The notes below the pieces were generated by a model that was not told where the DNA came from, made no database searches, and worked only from the letters and a program-made list of their open reading frames with translations. The translations under genes and the position numbers were made by a program. DNA of 41,401 nucleotides, from positions 1-41,401 of the forward strand of contig CAISRK010000490.1 in assembly GCA_903887815.1 (NCBI GenBank), read 5' to 3'. The DNA comes from an uncultured Bacteroidales bacterium (GTDB lineage Bacteria; Bacteroidota; Bacteroidia; Bacteroidales; UBA4417). Below, one piece after another: positions 29,838 to 39,190 of this stretch. The stretch's first letter is position 1. The number at the start of each line of letters is the position of its first letter.

Positions 29838-30247
29838 AATCAAGATCATCTTCTCAGATTGCCTGACACGGCATAAGTTTACTCCCTGCAGCAATTTATT
29901 TTTCATGAATCCACTCTGAGGATATCCGTTCCCCGAAAAGAAAATAAATTGCTTGCTGACTGCTGGTTTGCCGCCATTTAAGCATTCTTATACTTCCAAC
30001 ATTTTAACTGGCTGAAACCAATACCAACTTACCTGGTTTGAAGATAAAAAGATAAACAGTACTTTTGCAGTACTTTGTCGGAACCTATATTGTTTAATCG
30101 GGGTAATTTTTTTGGATACTTTGAATTTAAGTGGACAGGGAACAACCGGCATCAAACCGTTTTATGCCATCACGCTCCGAACAGCAGGTCTTAACCTGTT
30201 GACCGGCTTCTTGACACTAAAAATTATTACCAACAACCTGTATCAGC

Positions 30248-31153
30248 ATGACCAACTACAATCTTTCACACCTCGACGAACTTGAAAGCGAATCCATATT
30301 CGTGATCCGCGAAGTGGCAGCACAGTTCGAGCGCCCGGCAATATTGTTTTCGGGAGGCAAGGATAGCATTGTAATGACATACCTTGCCCGAAAGGCATTC
30401 TGGCCGGCAAAAATCCCTTTTCCTCTGCTACATGTCGATACCGGTCACAACTTCCAGGAAACCATCGATTACCGCGATAACCTGGTAAAAGAACTCGGAG
30501 TTAAGCTTGTGGTAGGATCGGTGCAGGAATCGATCGATACGGGCCGGGTGGTAGAAGAAAAAGGATACAGCGCAAGCCGCAACCTGCTCCAAACGGTTAC
30601 TTTACTCGACAATATCGAAAAATACAAATTCGACGCCTGCATGGGTGGAGGCCGCCGTGATGAGGAAAAAGCACGTGCCAAAGAACGTTTCTTTTCGCAT
30701 CGTGATGAATTCGGTCAATGGGACCCAAAAAACCAGCGCCCGGAACTCTGGAATATCTTCAACGGACGCAAACATATAGGCGAACATTTCAGGGTATTCC
30801 CGATCAGCAACTGGACCGAAATGGATGTGTGGCAATACATCCTGAAGGAAAGCATCCCTATGCCAAGCATTTATTACACGCATCAACGCGAGGCCTTCCT
30901 CCGCGACGGCGTTTGGCTTGCCAATGCGCCATTCATGAAACTGAAACCGAACGAAAAATTAGAAATCCGAACCGTACGTTGCCGCACTATAGGCGATGTT
31001 TCGTGTACCGGCCTTAACCTGTCGACCGCCAACTCACTCGAAGAAATTATTGCCGAAATTGCTGCAACCAGGGTAACCGAACGCGGCAACCGTGCCGATG
31101 ACCTGCGCAGCGAAGCTGCCATGGAGGACAGGAAAAAGGAAGGGTATTTTTAG
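30248..31153 (+). CDS. cysD: sulfate adenylyltransferase subunit 2
   Basis: LFSGGKDS, HVDTGHNF, GGRRDEEKARAKER, WDPKNQRPELW, MEDRKKEGYF. Confidence 0.97.
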   Translation: MTNYNLSHLDELESESIFVIREVAAQFERPAILFSGGKDSIVMTYLARKAFWPAKIPFPLLHVDTGHNFQETIDYRDNLVKELGVKLVVGSVQESIDTGRVVEEKGYSASRNLLQTVTLLDNIEKYKFDACMGGGRRDEEKARAKERFFSHRDEFGQWDPKNQRPELWNIFNGRKHIGEHFRVFPISNWTEMDVWQYILKESIPMPSIYYTHQREAFLRDGVWLANAPFMKLKPNEKLEIRTVRCRTIGDVSCTGLNLSTANSLEEIIAEIAATRVTERGNRADDLRSEAAMEDRKKEGYF

Positions 31154-31354
31154 GACAAGGCGAGCGGGAGACAAGGCGAGGGGCGACAGGGTGATGGGAA
31201 AATAGGGCGACAAGGAGAAGGGAGAAAATGATGGATGGCGGATGTAAGATCGCGAAACGCTGGAACCCTTTAATCTTTTGAACGCGCGCAGCGCATTGAA
31301 CCAGGAACATTGAACAACGAACATTGAACGCGCGAAGCGCATTGAACCAGGAAC
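31154..31354. repeat. composite repeat-rich cysD-cysN spacer
   Basis: 7-8-nt-periodic GACAAGGC/GAGGGGC tract directly after the stop, plus a 31-bp direct repeat TTGAACGCGCG(C/A)AGCGCATTGAACCAGGAAC at 31278-31308 and 31324-31354. Confidence 0.8.
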
Positions 31355-31361
31355 TAATAAA

Positions 31362-32633
31362 ATGACCGATTTTTCATCCAAAGGATACCTGAATATGGAG
31401 CTGTTACGTTTTACGACAGCCGGAAGTGTTGACGATGGCAAGAGTACGCTTATCGGAAGGCTTTTATACGACAGCAAATCGATTTTTGAAGATCAGCTCG
31501 AAGCTGTAAAACGTGCCAGTATCCAACGCGGAAATGAGCATATAAACCTTGCCCTTGTAACCGACGGGCTTCGTGCCGAACGCGAACAAGGCATAACCAT
31601 TGACGTGGCTTACCGCTATTTTGCAACACCCAAACGCAAGTTTATCATTGCCGACACTCCCGGTCATATACAGTATACCCGTAATATGGTTACCGGTGCA
31701 TCCACCGCCAATGCCGCCCTCATCCTGATTGACGCACGCAACGGTGTAACCGAGCAAACCTATCGCCATACCTACATTGCAACCCTGCTGCAAATCCCGC
31801 ATATCATTATCTGCATCAATAAAATGGACCTGGTAGGTTACAGCAAGGAAGTGTACGACGAAATACAGGACAAATTTGTTGCTTTTGCGCTGAAACTAGG
31901 GGTAAAAGACTTCCGCTTTGTTCCTATAAGCGCTTTGCACGGCGACAATGTGGTTGAGCCATCCGACAACATGAACTGGTTCCAGGGAACACTGCTCGAT
32001 GTACTCGAAACCCTGCCTATCGACCACGATTACAACCTTACCGATGCCCGTTTCCCTGTTCAGTATGTGATCAGGCCGATTTCCGACGAATATCACGATT
32101 ACCGGGGCTATGCCGGCCGCGTCGACGGAGGTGTTTTTAAACCAGGTGAACAGGTGATGATACTGCCCGGAGGTTTTCATACAACCATCAAATCCGTTGA
32201 ACTCCAGGATAAGCAGTTGGAACAGGCTTTCCCGCCTATGTCGGTTACCATGCAGCTTGCTGATGATATTGATATAAGCCGGGGCGACATGATCGTAAAA
32301 GCGGATAACCGCCCTCAGGTGAGCCAGGATATTACAATGATGGTTTGCTGGATGAGCCCGCGCCCTTTGCAGATTGACGGGAAATATGCACTTAAACATA
32401 CCACCCGCGATGTTCGCTGCCTCGTTAAAGAAGTTCATTACAAGGTGAATGTCAATACGATCGAACAGATTACCAGCGATACCGAAGTGAAGATGAATGA
32501 CATTGCCCGCATTACCATTCGTACCACCAAACCCTTGCTTTTCGACTCCTACCGCCAGAACCGGATTACCGGTGCCGTTATTTTTATCGACGAGGGAACC
32601 AACGAAACCGTCGGGGTTGGAATGATTGAATAA
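31362..32633 (+). CDS. cysN: sulfate adenylyltransferase subunit 1 (GTPase; no APS-kinase fusion)
   Basis: GSVDDGKSTLIGRLL, EREQGITIDVAYRYF, DTPGH, NKMD; ends at TVGVGMIE. Confidence 0.96.
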   Translation: MTDFSSKGYLNMELLRFTTAGSVDDGKSTLIGRLLYDSKSIFEDQLEAVKRASIQRGNEHINLALVTDGLRAEREQGITIDVAYRYFATPKRKFIIADTPGHIQYTRNMVTGASTANAALILIDARNGVTEQTYRHTYIATLLQIPHIIICINKMDLVGYSKEVYDEIQDKFVAFALKLGVKDFRFVPISALHGDNVVEPSDNMNWFQGTLLDVLETLPIDHDYNLTDARFPVQYVIRPISDEYHDYRGYAGRVDGGVFKPGEQVMILPGGFHTTIKSVELQDKQLEQAFPPMSVTMQLADDIDISRGDMIVKADNRPQVSQDITMMVCWMSPRPLQIDGKYALKHTTRDVRCLVKEVHYKVNVNTIEQITSDTEVKMNDIARITIRTTKPLLFDSYRQNRITGAVIFIDEGTNETVGVGMIE

Positions 32634-32670
32634 TCTGAATCCTTATCCTATTTCATGTTTTTAATTGTGT

Positions 32671-32694
32671 AGGTTGATTTTGTATCAACCTTTT
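32671..32694 (+). terminator. probable intrinsic terminator after cysN
   Basis: AGGTTGAT-TTTGT-ATCAACCT-TTT. Confidence 0.55.
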
Positions 32695-32764
32695 ACTCTA
32701 TTTTTGCCCTCAAATTTTTTCATTCCTGACATTCGGACAATCATTTAACTTAGAATACTACTCT

Positions 32765-34459
32765 ATGAAAAAAACAGTTTTTCTGCTTGCGCTTTGCCTT
32801 ACCCTTGCTCTAACAGGCAACAGGGTGAATGCCTGTTCCAACTTCCTGGTTACCAAAGGGGCCACCGTGGATGGTTCCAGCATGATAAGTTATTCGGCCG
32901 ATTCGCATACCCTTTACGGTGAATTGTATTACTGGCCTGCTGCAACATATCCTGCTGGAACCATGCTGGATATTTACGAATGGGACACAGGTAAATTTTT
33001 AGGCAAAATAAAACAGGCCACCCAAACCTACAATGTTGTTGGAAACATGAACGAATACCAGGTCGCTATCGGCGAAACCACTTTTGGCGGGCGCGAAGAA
33101 CTGGTAGATACAGCAGCCATTGTTGATTACGGCAGTCTTATTTACATTGCTCTCCAGCGGAGTAAAACCGCACGCGAAGCCATAAATGTAATTACATCGC
33201 TTATGGCTGAATATGGATATGCAAGCGAAGGCGAATCGTTTTCGATCAGCGATCCCAACGAAGTGTGGATCCTGGAAATGGTAGGAAAGGGCAAACCCGT
33301 AGTTGTTAAAGACAAAAAGGGACATGAATCCTTAAAATATAATAAAGGTGCGGTATGGGCTGCCGTGCGTATTCCCGATGGGTATATTTCCGGACATGCC
33401 AACCATGCACGTATCACCACGCTTAATTTTAATGATCCTGAAAATTGCCTTTATGCTCCTGATGTTATCACTTTTGCACGCGAAAAAAGATATTTCACGG
33501 GCGAAGATAAAGACTTCAGTTTCTCCGACACCTATAATCCTATCGATTTTGAAGGTGCGCGTTTATGCGAAGCACGCGTTTGGAGCGGATTTAATAAGGT
33601 GGCCAAAGGCATGGATAAATACCTCGATTATATTAAAGGCGAGAACCTGACAAACCGTATGCCGTTGTATGTAAAACCCGATCATAAACTTACCGTGCAG
33701 GAAGTAATCGGCCTGATGCGCGATTATTACCAGGGAACTGAACTTGATATGACCAAAGATTTCGGTGCCGGGCCTTACAGTTGCATTGTACGCTGGCGCC
33801 CGCTGACCTGGAAAATCGATGGTGTTGAATACTTTAACGAGCGCGCAATAAGCACGCAGCAAACCGGTTTTGTATTTGTTGCCCAGTCGAGGCCGTATGT
33901 TCCTAATCCACTCGGTGGTATTCTCTGGTTCGGTGTCGACGATACCTATTCAACCGTATTCACTCCCATGTATACCTGTATGACCAAGGTACCCGAAACC
34001 TACGCCGTGGGAAACGGTTCCATGATGGAATTCAGCGACAATTCGGCATTCTGGGCATTTAACCAGGTTTCGAATTTTGCCTATACACGCTACAGTGATA
34101 TGATTATTGATATACAGAAGAAACAATCGGAACTCGAAAACAACTACATGGCCATGGTACCTGCAGTTGATAAAGTTGCTCTCGAAATGTACCGCACCAG
34201 CCCGGCAAAAGCAGTCCAGTTCCTTACCGATTTTTCGGTTACTCAAGGCAACAACACGGTGAATGAATGGAAAAAGCTTTACAGATTCCTTTTTACCAAA
34301 TACATGGATGGAAACATCAAAGAAGCCGTAACCCTACCTGCCGGATACAAATTTGCTAACCCTACAGTAAAACAACCCGGTTACAGCGAAGAATTCTATC
34401 GCAACCTTATTAAACAAACCGGCGATAAATATAAGGTTATACCACCTGCTACACATTAA
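32765..34459 (+). CDS. C69 family dipeptidase (Ntn hydrolase), exported
   Basis: Signal peptide then N-terminal Cys (NA|CSNFLVTKGA), MNEYQVAIGETTFGGR, LQRSKTAREAI, NERAISTQQT. Confidence 0.9.
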   Translation: MKKTVFLLALCLTLALTGNRVNACSNFLVTKGATVDGSSMISYSADSHTLYGELYYWPAATYPAGTMLDIYEWDTGKFLGKIKQATQTYNVVGNMNEYQVAIGETTFGGREELVDTAAIVDYGSLIYIALQRSKTAREAINVITSLMAEYGYASEGESFSISDPNEVWILEMVGKGKPVVVKDKKGHESLKYNKGAVWAAVRIPDGYISGHANHARITTLNFNDPENCLYAPDVITFAREKRYFTGEDKDFSFSDTYNPIDFEGARLCEARVWSGFNKVAKGMDKYLDYIKGENLTNRMPLYVKPDHKLTVQEVIGLMRDYYQGTELDMTKDFGAGPYSCIVRWRPLTWKIDGVEYFNERAISTQQTGFVFVAQSRPYVPNPLGGILWFGVDDTYSTVFTPMYTCMTKVPETYAVGNGSMMEFSDNSAFWAFNQVSNFAYTRYSDMIIDIQKKQSELENNYMAMVPAVDKVALEMYRTSPAKAVQFLTDFSVTQGNNTVNEWKKLYRFLFTKYMDGNIKEAVTLPAGYKFANPTVKQPGYSEEFYRNLIKQTGDKYKVIPPATH

Positions 34460-34480
34460 TTCAAAGAAAAACAGCCGGAG

Positions 34481-34506
34481 ACGCCCTGGAGTTTCCAGGG
34501 CGTTTT
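34481..34506 (+). terminator. intrinsic terminator
   Basis: ACGCCCTGGA-GTT-TCCAGGGCGT-TTT. Confidence 0.75.
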
Positions 34507-34592
34507 CAATCCCGTATTATAAATTAACTTGCTCACGTACTATTAAATACATTGTTTCGTTACCTTTGAGCATTGTAACCATTTTATAGATT

Positions 34593-35489
34593 ATGGACGA
34601 AAAACCTGTTAACACCCTGGCGTATAAGATTACAATCGGCGTTTTGGTGGCAATTATTGCAGTAATGGCCTGGATGCTTATAAATCAGAAGAAAGAAGTC
34701 GTAACCCTCGAAAAAGCTACGGCAACCGAGGAAACTTCACTGCAATCCCAGCTCGACTCGCTGCTTGCCGAACACGAAAGGGTAAAAGCCACCTATGGGG
34801 AACTCAGCAGTCGTTTGTCCGAAAAGGACAGCATCATTAACCTGAAGGCAATCGAAATTAAAAAATTGCTTAAGTCGAAAACGGAACTGGCCGTCGTGAA
34901 ACAGAAACTGGCGCAATTGCAGCAGATAACCATGATGTATGAGCAAAAAATCGATTCGCTGTATACGGTTAACCGCAGCCTGAAAGCTGAAAATGAGCAG
35001 ATCAAAACTAACTATAACCTCGAGCAGCAGAAAACCAGCGACCTGGCAAAAGACAAAGAGGCCCTTAACGAAAAAATTACGGGTGCAGCTGTTCTCAAAG
35101 CCTATAAGATTACCGCGGTAGCTTACAAGTCGAGAGGCGTTGATAAGGACAAGGAAACCGATAAGGCCGCAAGAGCTGAGAAAATCAAGGTTTGCTTTAC
35201 GGTAAGTGAGAACAAACTGGTAAGCACAGGCTACAAACGCTTTTTCGTTCGCATTGCCCGCCCCGATAATGTGATACTCACCCGCGGTCCTGCTTATACA
35301 TTCCAGTTCCTGGGACAGACCCTGCAGTTTTCATCGATGGAAACCCTGAATTACGAAGGGAATGCTGCCGATATTTGTACTTATTTTGAACTTCCGCCCA
35401 ACAGCCCCGAATTACCAAAAGGCCGTTATTATGTGAATGTATTTACCGAAGACCGCGAAATCGGCCTTACCTCCTTCGAATTGAGATAA
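34593..35489 (+). CDS. hypothetical membrane-anchored coiled-coil protein with C-terminal beta-sandwich
   Basis: Single N-terminal TM, long heptad region (QLDSL..IDSLY), C-terminal KVCFTVSEN...GRYYVNVF; has its own TACCTTTG box (34561-34568) and terminator. Confidence 0.8.
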   Translation: MDEKPVNTLAYKITIGVLVAIIAVMAWMLINQKKEVVTLEKATATEETSLQSQLDSLLAEHERVKATYGELSSRLSEKDSIINLKAIEIKKLLKSKTELAVVKQKLAQLQQITMMYEQKIDSLYTVNRSLKAENEQIKTNYNLEQQKTSDLAKDKEALNEKITGAAVLKAYKITAVAYKSRGVDKDKETDKAARAEKIKVCFTVSENKLVSTGYKRFFVRIARPDNVILTRGPAYTFQFLGQTLQFSSMETLNYEGNAADICTYFELPPNSPELPKGRYYVNVFTEDREIGLTSFELR

Positions 35490-35512
35490 TCGACCAAAAT
35501 ACTGAATACTTT

Positions 35513-35538
35513 AAACCGGCCCTGAGCCGGTTTTTTTT
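35513..35538 (+). terminator. intrinsic terminator
   Basis: AAACCGGC-CCTGA-GCCGGTTTTTTTT. Confidence 0.8.
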
Positions 35539-35566
35539 GAGATTTCAATTATCCGGCAATCCGCAT

Positions 35567-37051
35567 TTATTGCCTTTTCGATTGAAGGTTCATTAACCTG
35601 TATACATAAAAAGAATATGCCTTATTTCCCATTCTTAGTATATTGATGGTATCGGGAGGTAGTATTTTTTCAAAATAAATGTTTGGCAAAGTGCCCGGAT
35701 CGCAGAAATCGCGGCTCGAAGTAATATACCAGGCGTCGCTGTTCAACCTGAAACCGCCATGAACCTCGTTGATCCAGGCATATTTATGTATGGCCGAAGT
35801 ATCACCGGCTGCCATTACATACCGTCCTGTTCCTCGGGCAGCATAATAACTGAAATTGGCTGCAGGAAACCATCGGTAACTTACAATAGGCGAATTGACC
35901 GGCATCAGCCCTGATTTTTCATATTTCACTGCAAGGGGAATAAATTCTTTGCGCAACTGCCTCCAGCCATACACTTCGAGAGAATAATCTGCTGAGCCTT
36001 TCCCTTTACTTTCCCGGATATACTTTTCGAACGGGAAAAATCCGGTCATAACCTGTGCCACCGAAAGGCTGATCAGAAGAGTTATAAAAGCCAGTGAACT
36101 TTTTATCGCTACAGGCATTTTCACAGCAGTCCTGCTCCTTAGCCAGAGTGCAGCAAGCGGAAGCAAGGTGAGGTAGCCGGCCCCGTTCCAGTGAGGCAGC
36201 GTCCGCCTCGAAACCGAAACCAGCAGAAAAGTTACAACCAACGGCAATCCCGACCAAACCAGTAAACGGGTTTCCGGTTTGACTGTTTTGAGTTTTCTGC
36301 TTACCAATGCCACCAGGGCCAGTATTATTAAAACCAGGTTTACGGGGTTGGTATACAATGCTTCTCCCAATACTTCGGTAAGGAAATAATCGGGTGTAAA
36401 TATGGCCGGCACCGGCTCTACACGCGCACTGTGAAAAAGGAAACTAACAAAATTGTTTTGTGCATTCCATACCAGCACCGGCAGAAACAGCAACGCCATT
36501 AGCAGATGCGCCAGGTAAAAAGCTTGTGTCCGTAACCATTTCCGGTCGTAAGCCAGTATATAAATCATCATTCCCAGCCAGAGATATGCCGTAGTATACT
36601 TGCTTAAAAAAGCGAATCCCATCATTACCGACGCCAGCAGGAACCTACGCTTTGCAATGGCGTCAATTTCACCACCGAAAGCCTTCAGGAGCAATAGTAT
36701 TGCTGCGAGCCAGAAAACACTCTGAGGGGCATCGGGAAGGATAAAAACACCTATGATTATAAACCCGTATGTTGAAGCGGTATAAAGCAAAGCCGCATAC
36801 CAGCCGGTTAATTCATCGCGAAGTTGTTTGCCGATGCAATACATCAGCCAGGTATTGGCTGTTCCGGCGCCCACAGCTGCCAGACGGATAAAAAATTCGC
36901 TTCCTAATGTAAGATTCAGGCTGAACAACTGTATTGCCCAGCCCACCATTGGCGGATGATCGAAATGGCTGAGAGCAGGATACAGTGCATAGGTATAATA
37001 ATATGCCTCATCATTCCCAAGGCAAAACCCGGCTGCCAGCAATGCCCTCAC
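35567..37051 (-). CDS. GT-C / family 39 (ArnT/PMT-like) glycosyltransferase; the true start may lie upstream, up to 37138
   Basis: NDEAYY, FDHPPMVGW, PDAP, LSKYT, P..VWN motifs and multiple TM helices. Confidence 0.85.
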   Translation of the reverse strand: MRALLAAGFCLGNDEAYYYTYALYPALSHFDHPPMVGWAIQLFSLNLTLGSEFFIRLAAVGAGTANTWLMYCIGKQLRDELTGWYAALLYTASTYGFIIIGVFILPDAPQSVFWLAAILLLLKAFGGEIDAIAKRRFLLASVMMGFAFLSKYTTAYLWLGMMIYILAYDRKWLRTQAFYLAHLLMALLFLPVLVWNAQNNFVSFLFHSARVEPVPAIFTPDYFLTEVLGEALYTNPVNLVLIILALVALVSRKLKTVKPETRLLVWSGLPLVVTFLLVSVSRRTLPHWNGAGYLTLLPLAALWLRSRTAVKMPVAIKSSLAFITLLISLSVAQVMTGFFPFEKYIRESKGKGSADYSLEVYGWRQLRKEFIPLAVKYEKSGLMPVNSPIVSYRWFPAANFSYYAARGTGRYVMAAGDTSAIHKYAWINEVHGGFRLNSDAWYITSSRDFCDPGTLPNIYFEKILPPDTINILRMGNKAYSFYVYRLMNLQSKRQ

Positions 37052-37306
37052 AACTGCCGAAAATATCAGCAGGAAAAGTATCGGGTATCCGGTGGTATGG
37101 CGAAGTTTCAGGGAGAACTTTATGAGATTGACTCTTATTTAGGCCTTGTTGCCGGCTGCAAAGATAAAAATAGTTGATTGCACTTATAAACGCAGAATCA
37201 GAACCTTAGTATTTCGAATCAGAAATACTGCTATAATTTTTGAAAAATTTCAGTTACTATTGTATTCAATTTAAATAAAGGATTGTTGACAGCTTAACCC
37301 ACATCC

Positions 37307-37822
37307 ATGAAAACACTTTTTCTGACCCTTGGCCTTCTTCTGCTTTTTTCAACAACCAATGCCCAAAAATACCGTACCAACAACCGGCTGCTGAGTGCCG
37401 GTATCCGCTATGCTACGCTTAACGACGAAGTGCCGAAGTATGATTTTATTCCCATCAATCTTTCGTTTGAGAATATTTTCATCGATAAGTGGGTCGACCA
37501 CAAATTGGCAGTTGGCGGGGGGATCGAGACCGGTTATTTTAAGTACATACTCGGACCGCGCATCTACGAAGTGAAGCAGCTTTCTCTGATACTAAATTTC
37601 CATTATACGTTTAACCGCCAGTTCGAAGTATATGCCGGAGTGTTGCCCGGGTATTATTTCGATTCGTACGAAAATACCAGTATCGACCATAGCGGGATGG
37701 ACGGCTTCAACAACCAGTTTATGCTTGGAGCCCGTTATTTTATTATACCGGCTCTGGGAGTTTACACCCGTATGCTCATAAACGATTACGGAGCCGAAGC
37801 CGGATTAACATTCAAGTTTTAG
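37307..37822 (+). CDS. small outer-membrane beta-barrel protein (hypothetical)
   Basis: Signal peptide, alternating amphipathic strands, LGARYF, terminal GLTFKF beta-signal. Confidence 0.7.
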   Translation: MKTLFLTLGLLLLFSTTNAQKYRTNNRLLSAGIRYATLNDEVPKYDFIPINLSFENIFIDKWVDHKLAVGGGIETGYFKYILGPRIYEVKQLSLILNFHYTFNRQFEVYAGVLPGYYFDSYENTSIDHSGMDGFNNQFMLGARYFIIPALGVYTRMLINDYGAEAGLTFKF

Positions 37823-37899
37823 GATGAAACCGTCTGGTTCCATCAGGTGTTAATCCATCTGTGTGAACGATAAAATCTTTTTCGAAAATTTTTGGGGCA

Positions 37900-39015
37900 T
37901 TATGCAGCTACTTTCCGGTACCTCCACACTGCGAGCGTAAGTGAAATTATGGCATAAACCACAATGGAGAAAAACGGTTTCAGTATATCCTGGAATTGCG
38001 ATCCTTTCAGCATGATCATACGCATCATCCGGATAAAATATGCAATAGGATTGATCACATTTATGTTCTGTGCCCATTCAGGCATGCTGTCGACAGGCGT
38101 AAACAATCCGCTCATCATAATGAACACCACGGCAAAGAACCAGGCCAGGAACATGGCCTGCTGCTGTGTGTTTACAAGCGTGGAAATAAATAAACCTATC
38201 CCGAGTACAGCCAATAAATACACCGAAGCCACCCCGAATATAAGCCACAGGCTCCCGATAATCGGGATTTTGAATATTATATGCGCAAGCAACAATCCGA
38301 AGGCCAGCTCAAAAAGTGCAATAAACCAGAAAGGTAAAAGCTTCCCCACAACAAACTGGTACTTTTTTACAGGCGAAACATTGATCTGTTCGATGGTTCC
38401 CATTTCCTTTTCGCGTACTACGTTCATGGACGATAAAAACATGCCGATAATAGTGACCAGCAGTACCAGTATTCCCGGAACCATATAGGTTTTGTAATCC
38501 AGTTCCGCGTTAAACCAGTATGAATAACTGATGTTGAACGGAGGTTTCAGATCAAGGCCACCCGTGAGATCGGCAATAATATCCTGGTTGTAATCCATTA
38601 TAATAGAGTTGCCGTAGGCATTCATTATGGCAGCGGCGCTTCCGTCGATAGCATTACTGATCAGCTGCACCGAGGCTTTCTTTTCCTTTTGCAGGTCGTT
38701 TCCGAAACGCGGCGGGATAACCAGGATCTGGTTTGCCTTGCCGGTTTTCAGGTATTCCTCAGCTTCAAGGTAGGTTACAGGATAAGCTTTAACGTGATAA
38801 AAAGGTGGGGCCGTAAATTTCGAAGCCAGTTGCCTCGATTCAACCGAATGATCCTGGTCGACAATTACAAGGTTGATGTTTTTTATCTCGAAAGTAACGG
38901 CAAAAGCCAGCACCAGCAACTGAACCACCGGGATAACGAATATTATGGGCAGCATCGTTTTATTACGGAATATCTGCCGGAATTCTTTTTGTAATATGTA
39001 TAGTATTGTTCTCAA
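37900..39015 (-). CDS. ABC-2 type transporter permease (YbhR-like)
   Basis: KEFRQIFR, MVPG, VREKEMGTIEQINVSP, MSGLFTPVDSMP; TTG start. Confidence 0.92.
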   Translation of the reverse strand: MRTILYILQKEFRQIFRNKTMLPIIFVIPVVQLLVLAFAVTFEIKNINLVIVDQDHSVESRQLASKFTAPPFYHVKAYPVTYLEAEEYLKTGKANQILVIPPRFGNDLQKEKKASVQLISNAIDGSAAAIMNAYGNSIIMDYNQDIIADLTGGLDLKPPFNISYSYWFNAELDYKTYMVPGILVLLVTIIGMFLSSMNVVREKEMGTIEQINVSPVKKYQFVVGKLLPFWFIALFELAFGLLLAHIIFKIPIIGSLWLIFGVASVYLLAVLGIGLFISTLVNTQQQAMFLAWFFAVVFIMMSGLFTPVDSMPEWAQNINVINPIAYFIRMMRMIMLKGSQFQDILKPFFSIVVYAIISLTLAVWRYRKVAA

Positions 39016-39190
39016 AAGTTACTTGTTACTGGTCGCTGGTTACTGGTTACTGGTATTAAGCCGGTATGATTGTTTGTTTCTGAGTTAAGATATCACATTT
39101 TGTTTTCGCAATGACCTTTGTTTTCTGATATTTTGACTTTTACTTTCCTCGTATCCCGTTTTCTGTATTTCGCCTCTTGTCCCTTGTCCC

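Noticed and set aside
30068-30247. SAM-I riboswitch upstream of cysD
   Set aside because: I could not find the conserved ATC(A/C)AGAG, GCAACC or GTGC core elements.
31034-31477. 147-aa and 87-aa minus-strand ORFs across the cysD-cysN spacer
   Set aside because: They are low-complexity translations of the repeat tract, overlap real genes antisense, and show no recognisable domain.
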